64,000 nucleotides of DNA from Phallusia mammillata (lineage: Eukaryota). Made by a program: the position numbers and the translations under genes. The notes under the pieces were generated by a model, which was not told the origin of the DNA, made no database searches, and saw only the letters and a list, made by a program, of their open reading frames with translations. This document shows, in pieces, positions 13,645-25,191 of this stretch. The number at the start of each line of letters is the position of its first letter. Within the stretch, counting starts at the first letter, position 1. The stretch is from assembly GCA_965637545.1 (NCBI GenBank), contig OZ281500.1:19778001-19842000 (forward strand), in the 5' to 3' direction.

Positions 13645-13825
13645 ACACTGGAACACTATACACGAATCTGTTCAAAAGTTTCATGAGGAAAATAACGGCC
13701 CAAAATAGACGTAAAAAGCGACATGCGTTACTATTCAAACGTTTCGGCAAATGCTTTTTCAGTTAAGCATGTCGCTTTTTACGTCTTTTGGGGCCGTTAT
13801 TTTCCTCATTAAACTTATATGTTAT
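13645..13825. mobile_element. Tail-to-tail inverted repeat of a Penelope-like element terminus (foldback of about 140 bp)
   Basis: Arms 13676-13726 and 13767-13816 are near-perfect inverted copies. The spacer carries GCATTTGCCGAAACGTTTGAA on the - strand, also seen at 50776-50796. The same tail recurs at 38779-38969, 50804-50850 and 59428-59479. Confidence 0.65.
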
Positions 13826-16800
13826 TCTGATGTTTTAAACGCTCTAAGCCTACACTAGTTTTGATACAGGAAAAGAAAACACATTGCAAATTATAAACCG
13901 TGTATCTGAGTGGGAAACCTAAAACAAATCAGGCGAAATCTTTATGTTAAGCCGCTCCAATTTATCGCTGGCTCTATGAGATAATGCGCAGGCTCTAGCC
14001 AAGTCATTACACAGCCGAATGGGCAGGTACAAACGTATTAGCGGGGCGGCGGCGGTCGTCTAAGGGGTTATTACGTGTTGTAAGTGAGAGTCAAAAAAGT
14101 CTAAGTTGTTTTTGAGCGCGAGCCAATTTAATGAAGTCACTTGCGGCCACGTTCATAGTCGAGTGATTACATTAGGGAAAACGCCTCCAAATTGTCGGTT
14201 ATTTGAAGTCAGCTGTAATTAAAATTGACGGACTTTTTGCCGTTTTGGTAAACTGTATTTCAATATATTTGCATGTGAGTCTTGGTTTAACACTAGGTGG
14301 ATTTGGCGTTGGAATGTTTAACCTTGACAGGTATATTCAGGTCGAGTCAAATTAGGAAGTACAGATCTACACAAGTGCGGCGGCGACGTGAAATTCCAAT
14401 TACAACTTCGAAAAACCCGTTGACGAGACTTGTGTTAGGACGTGCGTTGTCGGCGTCGGCAATTTACCACTTTAAACGGCGCAAGCCCACTGCAATTATT
14501 TCCGAGCGCCATGAACCGATCGAGATCGCCATTCGCCGCCAGCAGTGTGAATGACGAAGTGCAGAGGCGGTCTGAAAGCCTAAGGAGTCGGTTATTAGAG
14601 ATCAACGGCTAAACAGAGTAGTTCAACATGCAAAATCAACGGCTCTAATCGCTGGAATGCAAACCAGACGCGATATACGAGCGAGCCCTGGCTAAAGGGG
14701 GTGCTTAGGCCTGGGAGTGGTGCCTCGACGCCACATCTGCGCAAATAAACAAGGAATAGAGCAATTTAAACTAGAGAAGCATTGAGAGGGTTTGATATTC
14801 AAAGGCGGTTGGTAGCTGTAGTAACCTGAAAGGCCAAGTGTATGATGCTGTGATTTTCGCAAAAGTGGACAGATAGTCTTTAGAAATCAATGTAGGATTA
14901 TGTGTGTACTACAGAAGAGCATTGTTTATGCTGTCTTCAAACGTAGCATTCAAAAACATAGTGTAGTTCTAACTACTGTTTGGCAATAATAAAACTGGCG
15001 GAAATTGCAAGTTTTAAGCTATCTGAGAGCGCACGGTAAATACAGAAGCTCCAAGCAAAATCAACCGGAAATTAAAGCCTTTTCGGAATAGTGCGCATTG
15101 TAAAACCAGGGGCTTCAAGCTCTGTGGGGCCAAAAATAACCGTCCGGCAGCGTGTTTTACATAAGCGAGCATCAAAGGCGCCCGCCGTCGATCCGCCAAG
15201 GCGCGGGGGCCAAGAAAAATATTGTCCAACGGAAGACGCTGAAAGTTGAGTCACGGCATATGTTAATATACGAGCTGCTGTGAAGCCTGTCTTCTACGCG
15301 ATAGGGACCGGCTCGTCTGCCTAAACCCTTGATCCTCACAGATGCCTTTACGGGCAGTGATACGTGAAAAAGGGGGCCCATCTTTCGATGCTACGATGCG
15401 TGAAGTTGTGTGCGGTAAAGGCCGATCGGGCGCGCGCGTCGGCCCTTCCTTTCCATAACGAATTAGCAACGCGCGCGGCGAGTGAAGGTTGTTGTTTGCG
15501 CCGGGCGGCCGAGACAGGAAACGCAGAGAGACACGAGAACTTCGCCTTGTGACTTTCGACAGCAAAAAGTCTCAGTCAGTTGTTTCAGGTGCGACAAAGA
15601 AAAGGTTGATCAGTATTCCTTAAGCACGTTGGACCTTATGTTACTGTATTGTCTATTAAGAAGGAATATTACTAACCGTCAGCATTGGCAATGGATTACC
15701 TGCTTAGTACTACCTTTTCTTAGCTTTTTGCCACAGTTTTACAGCATTTAACGATCAAAGCGTTCAGGTAGTTGAAACGCACAGTGTCGATGAGACGTGT
15801 TCTTATTTGCTCTAAATCTCGTTTCGTATTCAAGATCCGTTGACCGCAAGTCGCCGTATTGAACTTTGTCAAACCGGAGGCAAATGGGCCTGAAATTATC
15901 TCTGCGGTTATGCGATGCTCATAAGCCAAGCTATATCGTCTCGCGGCAACCACGTCGGCATTTGGAGACGCAAGCGCGGCCTTCAGGTTCTCTGAGCAAA
16001 CTGCAGACAAACAGCATGACTCGGCCGCTCTAGCGTTTAGAGGCCGTGAGATAACAGCCTAACTGTGTCTTAGGACAAATTAAGCAGCACTTGTTGTACA
16101 GACGTAGTTGAAAATTATCACCCTTGTCGTAGTTGAAAAATAGCACCCAAAGTATGTCTTGCATAGGGCAGATGTGTGCTAATGTTTTTGTACACCAATA
16201 AGTAGCACAAAGTCAAGAAGTCTGTAAGTCCAGTTTAAATTATCACTTAATTTATGATGGTTTTCATATGACACAAATTAGTGATAATTGGCTTTTAGCT
16301 TGTCTAACTTAGAGCTTTCCCTCTTTAAAGATGGACTGAAAATTTTGACTGCCAAACTATGTAACGATTTGACTTGGGTCTTAACAAAACGCCGGTTGGG
16401 GTAACACAGCAGCTTGTGTGGTGACATCTGATACGACCAGTAGTAAACACACGAAACACCGACGGTGGGCTTTCGGGGACCATCAACATTAGCAGGACCG
16501 ACGAAACCCCGGGTTTGTGGCGTCTGGGCGGGCGGGTTTGAACCGTGACCACCCCGCGCCAAACACTGGGGTGATAAGGGGCGCGAGCAACTGGGTTTTG
16601 TTTGGATTGTAAGTCAGTGATACAGCGTGTCGTGGTGTTTGTTTTCTTGCAAGTGACCATGCAGCCTATAGGTGACAGTTGTGATTTGTGATAAATAGTT
16701 GAATTTTAAGTCTGCATTTTGACTAAAACACAAGCGCTTTTTCTGTATTAATCCAGTAACTCAAGTCTGTGTTAGCTGTAGCCTTAGAACCCCAAAAGCG

Positions 16801-17168
16801 CTATAAATGTAAAAGGTAGTTAAACCGCATTAAATGAGAACTGATCGTAAAGTTTTCCTTTAGTTTGCTTTGTGAATTTCTTCGAAAATTTCACGTGCTT
16901 TGTTGACTTACCGGTCAAAATTTTACAGTCAACCATCTTGTTTTTTGCAGCGACAAACGCATGTAGGCGAAACTGACTAGAAAATTTTACAATATCCTGT
17001 GGGTGTTTGCGAGGGCGGCGAAAATCAAAAGACGACGAAAACGGAAAAGGGCGGAAAGGCAACAAACCCGAATCGCCGCCACTGTAAACAATCTGGACAA
17101 TGGACACAGCGCGACTAGCCATTGTTACGTCATCGAAAAAGCGCCAATCGCGTCAAGCCGGTTCAAAA

Positions 17169-20100
17169 ATGGATTTACTACACAGAAGACACATGGCAAT
17201 TCTCTTCATATTAGCTTTGCTGACACCTAGTGTACATGCGTGTCCAAGTGGGTGTCAATGTAGCCAACATGAAGTCTGGTGCAATGGTGCCAATCTCACA
17301 GAAATTCCACCGAACTTGCCTTTGGACACTCGACATTTGTTCCTTTTCAACAATAAGATTTTTAACATTGCCGAAGGTTCACTGTCACGTTTGAGGGTAA
17401 GTTACAAAAAATATGGATAACTTTATTGACCTAAAAGTACCACTACCGCAACACGCAATGTGAATACCATGTTTTGTATTTGAAACCTTCACAATTTCCA
17501 CATTTTTAATGGAAAACCCCGACATTTTTTAGAGTTTATGTTATGCTACAATTTCGTATTCGTTACTGATTTTGACAAGAAATACATTTACTTTTGCAGA
17601 ATCTGCAGCTGCTAGATTTGTCCATGAATCGACTTACCAACCAAGGGCTGCGTTCAAACGAATTGAACAAACTGAACAAGTTGGAAGAGCTGATGTTAGG
17701 ACACAATAAGATCAGCACAGTGTCAAGTAGCATGTTTTCAGGTAAGAACCAAAATACAAGTTGATTTTTAAGGAGACAAAACACAGTTTCAAGTTATCAC
17801 TGTAAATTAGAAATCGGGAGCCATGCCCTTCCGAAACAATTTCTAGGAATAGGGCTTTAAAGAAAGTGAGGACTAATAACAAAAAAATGCATCTGGATGT
17901 CAAAATATTGGCAATTTGCTGTGCGGTTTGGTGGTGTTACCCTTTTTTATGGGTAGTAGCCTTTAATATAAAGTAAAAGCTAATAAACTACAGTTTCAAA
18001 CTGGTTTGGATATCAAACTGCTTGATAAAGCCAAAATAACCGCTTTTATTCTTTGTCGCCATATTAACCACACTTCACACATTATCCCAAAAGGTAAAAT
18101 GGCGCTTAAGAACAAAAAAAATATTTTACCATTTTCTGTCTCTCTGACGTAACTGCATGTCGTCACAGGTATGACGAAGCTTGTGCGTCTTTATCTGAAT
18201 GACAACGCGATCCAAAGCGTGGAACAGAACGCTATTCGAAACATGAGCAGCTTGCTGGAACTGATCCTCAGCAACAACAACATGCAAACCTTTCCGAAGA
18301 TAACAAACAGCCCAAAACTCCAACGTTTATGTCTTGACGGCAACAAGTTGACAAGACTCCAATTTAACAGCTTTGAGGACCTTAATCTGGAGGAATTAAC
18401 GGTAAGGAACTAAAGTACTGATTTGATTTCCAGTTGATAAGGCAGAAAACCACTTAAATTGTCTAGTTTCATACAAACCAACGTTAGAAAAAGTAGCCCA
18501 AAAATATAAAAAAGGCTAAAAGAAATGGTAATCTTCATTTAACTTTTCATAAAAGTCTTGGTTAGTGTCAAAAGGCAAAACAAAATGAATGCTTCCCATT
18601 GGAAAAAGTGGTCATAAATTGGACTTTTCTTCCACCAGCTTCTGGTAAACAAAACATCTTGTTTTCAGTTGGCAGGAAACAAGCTCACCCAACTTCCAAA
18701 GACCGCGTTTCGGGCCACAAGCAATCTACGCATCCTCGACATTAGCAAGAACTCGTTTCGAAATGTGCCAGAAATTATAAGGTGGGTCATGGGATGATCA
18801 TATATACAGGGGTGAGAGCATTTTCGTAAGGCGGCGGGCAAACACTGAGCCATAGTGACGGATGGATTCAAAACAATAGAGAGGAAACCGGCTTATTGAA
18901 GCCCGTGGGACGCGGGGGTCTAGCTCGGAGTTTTTGTTGTTTCAACCGTTGTTCCGCAAAAGCGCTTTCGTTAGCCACGCCACGTAGCTGATTTTACGAC
19001 CTTTGAAACTTTTTATAGTTGCAGATTTTGTCACGAAAACATAACATGAACATTTACTATCATTTATGTTTCATATTGCACCTACTGTGATAACGGTAAA
19101 ATCGGTAAAACACTGATTTAAATTATTAAAATTTTATTTCACGATTCATGACCATATGACTTTACTTAACACCCACAGCAAAAAGAGGTTATAAAATCGC
19201 ATCCCTGGGTTAACCTTTTTACAAAGCACCCTTATCACATAGTTACAGATTTAAAAGTCATCTGACACGGCCAATATGACTTTAGCAAAACAAACAAACG
19301 AATCTTGTTTTCATGAGAGTCAGTGACCCTTACCTTTGACGTACAATAGTGCATTGAGTATAGCGCCTAACCCTAATGTGGATTTCGCGTCAAGTCGTAC
19401 CATAACACGGTGTACGTAAACACTGTTCAACATGCTAACTTCAGACACTGCCGCTTGGAGATAGCCAAGTGCCGTGTTTTGGTGCGTTAACATGAACAAG
19501 CAACTGATAATACAGATAAGGTTGACATAAGTACGTTCAAAAACCTGCCAATGGTTGCGTAATGTTGTAAAGCTGGAGAAGCAAATTTTGCATTAACAAT
19601 CTCTAGGGTCCTTTAAAGTCCAAAAAAATGTACCTGCCTTGGTACAGGTCTACTATCTTCAAATACAAACGTATTAAAGATAAAATTGGGTCCATGTGCT
19701 TTCGAAATACACGCGTTTCGTAACTACAGTTTACCTGACCAGCCATAACCATACAAACCGACAATTGAATCAGTCAATGTCAAAGCTGGGCTTCTCAAAA
19801 TCAACCTTTGGAAAATCCCAAACTTCCCACTGTGATGTGCAATCATCCACCTGCGACAGCGCCCCACAATCGCAGCGTTCGAATATAAACAATACGTCTG
19901 TGTCGTCATAATTGCACCAAGTGCAGACAATGCTTTCAATGGTCGAGTGCTGAATTGGCGCTGTCCAAACCACATAGAAATCACCCATGGACGTAAATTA
20001 ATGTTGTGAGACTGGTACGACGTGTTTAAAGAGATGTTGCGTGTAAACTAAATGGCGGTTTTTGGACAATAGGCGAAGCTTGATTGGCAAGAACGAATAA

Positions 20101-23100
20101 TACAAACCGGTATTTGGGTAAATTTAATGACAAACGTTAAAATAGGTGATTTGCAAAAACTGTGTCGAACCTTTCAATATGGCGTCCGAGTACAAGATCT
20201 CAAGATGGGTCCGCACAGCCAACGTGAATATGATTTAATACAGCATTATTAGCGAAACAATATATATATGTATATATTTTACATATGCTGTGACAATACT
20301 TTATTGCAGTTCTGTCAAATTAAAGGTCGCCTATAAGATACTAATGGAACGTTGCAGAACTGTAATGATTATAAGACACAACTTTAAGCTATATTTCGAT
20401 TATCTGAAAACATGAATTGATAATCGTGAAAAATCACTTTCAGCCACGTTTTTCGATATGTATCTGGAATGGAGGTTAAAGCACAACGCGTTAATAACAC
20501 ATCTGAATTTCCGGCCATTAGCTTCGGCATGGCGTCAAGTCAAGTACACTGAAGGGAGTGTGTGTGGTGCCAGACAGTACAGAGCGGCGTAATTGCCAAA
20601 TGAGGGCCCGCTTTTAACCAAGCAGTGTGTTGGATAATTACGATTGATGGCGTTTATACGAACCAAGTGCACTTCTGTGTAGTGAGCAGTGGCGTTTTCC
20701 GATGATAACTTGAGCGCGGTTTTGTTAATTTGCTGCGTTTTTGAATAATTGATTACCGTTGAAAAGGCGCTGCTGTTACCAGTTGTCAAAAATAATGAGG
20801 TAGAACGTTGGTTGGTGGCACGTTTAAGAGCACTTTAGTTATATGTGGTAAACACTTAAGGACAATTTGGTTTAAAAAACACTTGAGTTTCGCTAAACAT
20901 AATAAAATGCGCAACAATTAATATACACGTGCATTTGTTTAACTTACGTCAAGCACACATTATTAAACTGTTAAAACGCCAATACATCTCGTAAATGAAA
21001 CGCAACGCCTCCAGCACATTTTATGACAAAGTTGTATGTCGCCTTACAATGTACAACACTGAGAAAGAAAGTCATCCCTTAGAAAGTCATCCCTAAAAAT
21101 AGTGTTGCCTAAATTTTACCATCTGTTTTTGATTTCATTTAGGAACATGACATCTTTGAGCAAGCTGAATCTGTCCGTGAATGCTATTGCGAGTTTGCCA
21201 GCTAACCTCATACATGGAATGAGACGCCTCAAGGAACTGGACATTCATGACATGCGACTAACTACGCTTGCAGAAGGATTTATACCAAAGGGCGTCTACT
21301 TTAACGTAGCGGACTTTTCTGGTAACCCATGGAGGTGCAACTGTGCCATCTCGTGGCTATACAAGATAATGAGGTGAGTTATACTTGCTTGGTAGATTTA
21401 GAAATGGATCAAAATGGAGTCTAATTGTGTTTCACATTTGTAGACTTCAAGTTGGAGTGTTTGTCAAGACTTCAAAGGTTCAGTGTCACCAGCCGTCAAA
21501 TATGCGAGGACAGTCACTTAAGAACGTCCGAGTACAGGCTCTCAATTGCAAAAGGTAAATATTAGCAGCTTTCACAACGCCATGTCAAAAAACAGTTAGT
21601 GATCGGTTAGCACAGTTGGATGTAACTAACCTGGTCTCAACAATATTTTGGAAGTACCCCATTATTGCTATGAAGAACTGTTTCAAAAACAAGTTTTTAG
21701 CGCATAAGCGTACCACATACACGTCCTGCGCATCCAGCGTTCAATGCTTTGTGCAAGGGTTAACACAGCATAACCTGCTTAACATCGTGCAATGAAGAGT
21801 GTGCGTTCAAAGCACTTCTAATTACTTAAATGTAAGAATGATTAAAAGATTCGTTTATCGCTTGTTAAGGCATGATATAGCAAGTAACACATGTACGCCT
21901 GCTGTAAAAACTACTCCTGTTCATTTTGGCCCACCAATGATGTAGGAAAAAACCAACAAACGCACATTAAAACTCGATTAGGGGCTAGTGAATCATCTCT
22001 CAAGCTTAACATGGGTTGCTTATTGATGCCCTGCACGTGCCAAGTATGCCATCAGCACTCGAGTGGAAACTAATGATTCGATTACCTGGTTTTTGCAGCA
22101 ACTCCGAGGGCGACGGCATCGCAGACACGAAAACAGAAGAGACCGAAACACCCCACAGTCCCCCTACTTACCCCAATACGTGCCCGTTTATGGAGTGCAA
22201 GAACGGGGCAACTTGCTACATGAACAAATCAAGGCCTGTATGCCGGTAAGTTTATTGACTTGTAAAATAAACATAGTTAATCAGTTTTAGGCCATTTTTA
22301 GCTGCAAATGTCAAAAATAACAAAATTGAATGCGAATAAAAATTCTGTATTACTTGGCTGTTGTTGACATTATACGTTTCTGTACCTACAGATGTCTACC
22401 AGGGTGGAAAGGTTTACTGTGTAGCGATCGTATCCCGTCAACATCTACTACCACAATGTCCACAACCACACAGAAGACTACTTTACCCATACTCAACACC
22501 CCTGGACTTCATTTTGACCCAACGACCCTCACCGAAACGTCAGTGGGAATTTTCGTGCCCAAAATTAACAATCTCATCACAGTGACCGTTTCCAAGGTAG
22601 TCGAAGGGCAAAAGAAAAATCCACGGACGTTTACGATTTTGCCTCGCGGACACAAGTACACAGTTAATGGGCTTTCCAGTGGAAATCGGTATAGGATATG
22701 CATCACTATGCGCGACAATACTAACCCCGCTCACGTATTTGACGATACCTTGTGCGGTGAAATAGCCACGCCGGGTACATCTACAACTTCCACGACAACC
22801 ACAACAACAAACAACACCAAAAAGCCGGTGGTTGTGCCACCTAAAACGGGAATTCCGTCTGAACCAAGCTCGGATACAAATCAAGGAGAAAGTGATAATG
22901 TTTCCCAAGTAACTAGCGACGAATTTCAGCTTTTTTATCCGGTTCTCGGAGCTGGATTGGGCGCTTTTGTCATCTTGGTGGTGGTGATCATGTTTTACGT
23001 TTGCTACCGTAATAAGCAGAAGCTTAAACACGCCAACAACAACGACTCAATGCGACCACCAAAGCCGGAATTCAAGCACGCTCAGCCCGCCAACGAAACC

Positions 23101-23907
23101 GAGATGGTCCCAATGGTCTCAAAGCAAAGGTACATGCAACAACAGCCTGCTATCACAACACCTATGTTACAAAACGGCGACGTGAACTACGTGCAGCACC
23201 CAAGTGTACAAGCGATGTGTGTTTCACCAAAACGCGTTGGAACGCCGCCTAAAAACGGTTCTTTGGGACGCAGCAGCAACTCGGGAGGCAGCATGATCGG
23301 GACACAGGTGCCTTATACAGTAGATCGGCAAAGATGTTACTCAACAGGCTCAGCTAATGGACAAATTCACCAAGTAACAATAGAAGATATGCATTGCCAA
23401 CAGTCGCCCACCCATACCACCTACCAGTCAAATGGCGGCATCTACACTGCGCATTCGCCTTACACGACATCACAAGTTCCCTACACGTCATCACAAGTGC
23501 CGTATACGTCATCACACGTGCCAATGCTGACCAATCGCAATCAGGACTATGTTTTTCGGTCGCATGGCGGAAGCGTAATTCCTCAAGAGAGCTACGCTGA
23601 AACTGCATACAACGACCGTCCAATGCCAAGTGGTGTTATGCCAGGTCGGGCAACCAGCACCACTGTAAACCAGTACCACCTTGGACCAATTTCAGCCACC
23701 AGTGCCAGCCCGGCGTGCACTTACAGACCAATAAACTCGGCTGCCGCTGCAAACGGCTATGGGCAAATGCCACGCCAATCCCAGTTGCACTATACACCGC
23801 AAAAACATAGCGTTTATCCGAACTCGCGAATCATGGGACCAGAAACGTACGGACCTTCGCTGCCGCAGGCACACATGCCCGCTTTTCAAGACACACTAGT
23901 CATGTAG
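17169..23907 (+). CDS. VASN: Vasorin-like LRR-EGF-FN3 single-pass membrane protein, 906 aa
   Basis: Eight GT-AG exons with consistent phases: 17169-17396, 17600-17741, 18169-18401, 18669-18781, 21143-21373, 21444-21554, 22099-22245, 22392-23907 (2721 nt). Signal peptide MDLLHRRHMAILFILALLTPSVHA; LRRNT CPSGCQC; 10 LRRs; LRRCT GNPWRCNC; EGF CPFMECKNGATC...CRCLPGWKGLLC; FN3 (GLSSGNRYRICI); TM FYPVLGAGLGAFVILVVVIMFYVCY. The symbol rests on domain architecture, not on a phylogeny. Confidence 0.88.
23461..23523 (+). repeat. Coding tandem repeat, 3 x 21 bp, encoding YT(T/S)S(Q/H)VP
   Basis: tacacgacatcacaagttccc / tacacgtcatcacaagtgccg / tatacgtcatcacacgtgcca, in frame in the cytoplasmic tail. Confidence 0.85.
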
Positions 23908-25191
23908 AAATCTGCTCGCTTGCGCCACCTTACCGCTGTGATTTTCCGTTTTCTATTCCGCGCGATGGCGCTATAGTTCAATTTTTGAAGTTTCTATAAA
24001 CCACTTTTTTTTGTCGTACAAAAGACCAAGATAATTGTAACATTGTGGCGTTACAGGACCACGCGCTATAGCTTTGCCCATGCTTTAACAATGTGCCAAT
24101 ATAACAGCTTAGTAGCTGTATTGTTCTTCATAAGGCATTTAGGCCTAGTTTGAATGATGTTTTTCTCGTAAAGAGACAAGCGTTGTGTATTTAAGACGCG
24201 ATTTTGCAACTTTGTACTGACGCATCGCATGTTTTTCAAACCAAAAATCTTGCCTGGTATGACCGCTGCCTTAGTGAAAAGATTCCATTCCATTACACAC
24301 AAAACTATTTCTGCCCGAAATCAAACATCTGTTTTTTCCGAATACACCAAAAATGGGCTCAACAATTTTGCTTGGTACACCATTTTTTCACTACTTGATT
24401 ATTTTTCAAATTTGTTTTGTGAAAGTTCACATTCGCTGCTTTGCATTTTTCCTTTTTCTTTTCAGTTTTACTACTTACTATTATTTTTATCCTTATTATA
24501 CGTGCTACGTCTTGCTTCGAACCCAAAAACAGCAATAAACCTCGTCTCTGCGGCGAGTTTAAAGAAAATCAAGTGATTGAAAAGTCAGTTGAGACTGAAG
24601 TTGATAATTGCAAACCTTTGTTGTACTCATAAGAGAAAAAATTAAAAAGTAAAATTAACGTTGCAGATTTAAACAGCCTTAAAGGTTTACCATATAAAAT
24701 AAAACGTTTAAGCACACTGTACTGTTAATTTTAACCACAAAGATTACTAGATATGAGCCAAAAGGCAGAGACAGGTGTCAGTTAAAGTAAAGATAAAAAA
24801 AGGAATGGTCAACTGTGCAGAGTGCATTAATGGACTTTAATTAAATTACCCACCCTTACAATCATTCCAAGTATAACAAGAAACAGTGTAGTTTGTAGGA
24901 CACAAAGTCTTCAGTTACAGTTTTCAAAAAACTTCATTCAAATCAAATCTTGCAAAACTACTTGCTAAGTAGACATATACAACATATATGTGTATATATC
25001 ACAGGAACTTCTCTAAACATTTGAAAGTATATTAGACCCGACAAAATGTTGAACACCACTGATCACTATTTGTGAGGTAAGGTATGTTATGTTGGTTCTA
25101 ATAACTATTATCTTTTCATTGCTATGTTGATGCAACTAGTAAAGCCCTCAGAGAGCTTTGAGCTCAATTGACTTTAAAATAATAAACATAC

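Noticed and set aside
1300-21000. Apparent general enrichment of TGACGT/ACGTCA cores
   Set aside because: About 15 counted by eye versus about 9 expected from base composition; not convincing, so only the tight clusters are reported.
23461-23523. Resemblance of the Tyr heptad to the RNA polymerase II CTD (YSPTSPS)
   Set aside because: Only the period and leading Tyr match; the Ser-Pro motifs are absent.
22361-23889. Several alternative-frame and antisense ORFs over the last vasorin-like exon
   Set aside because: Shadows of a long GC-richer coding exon.
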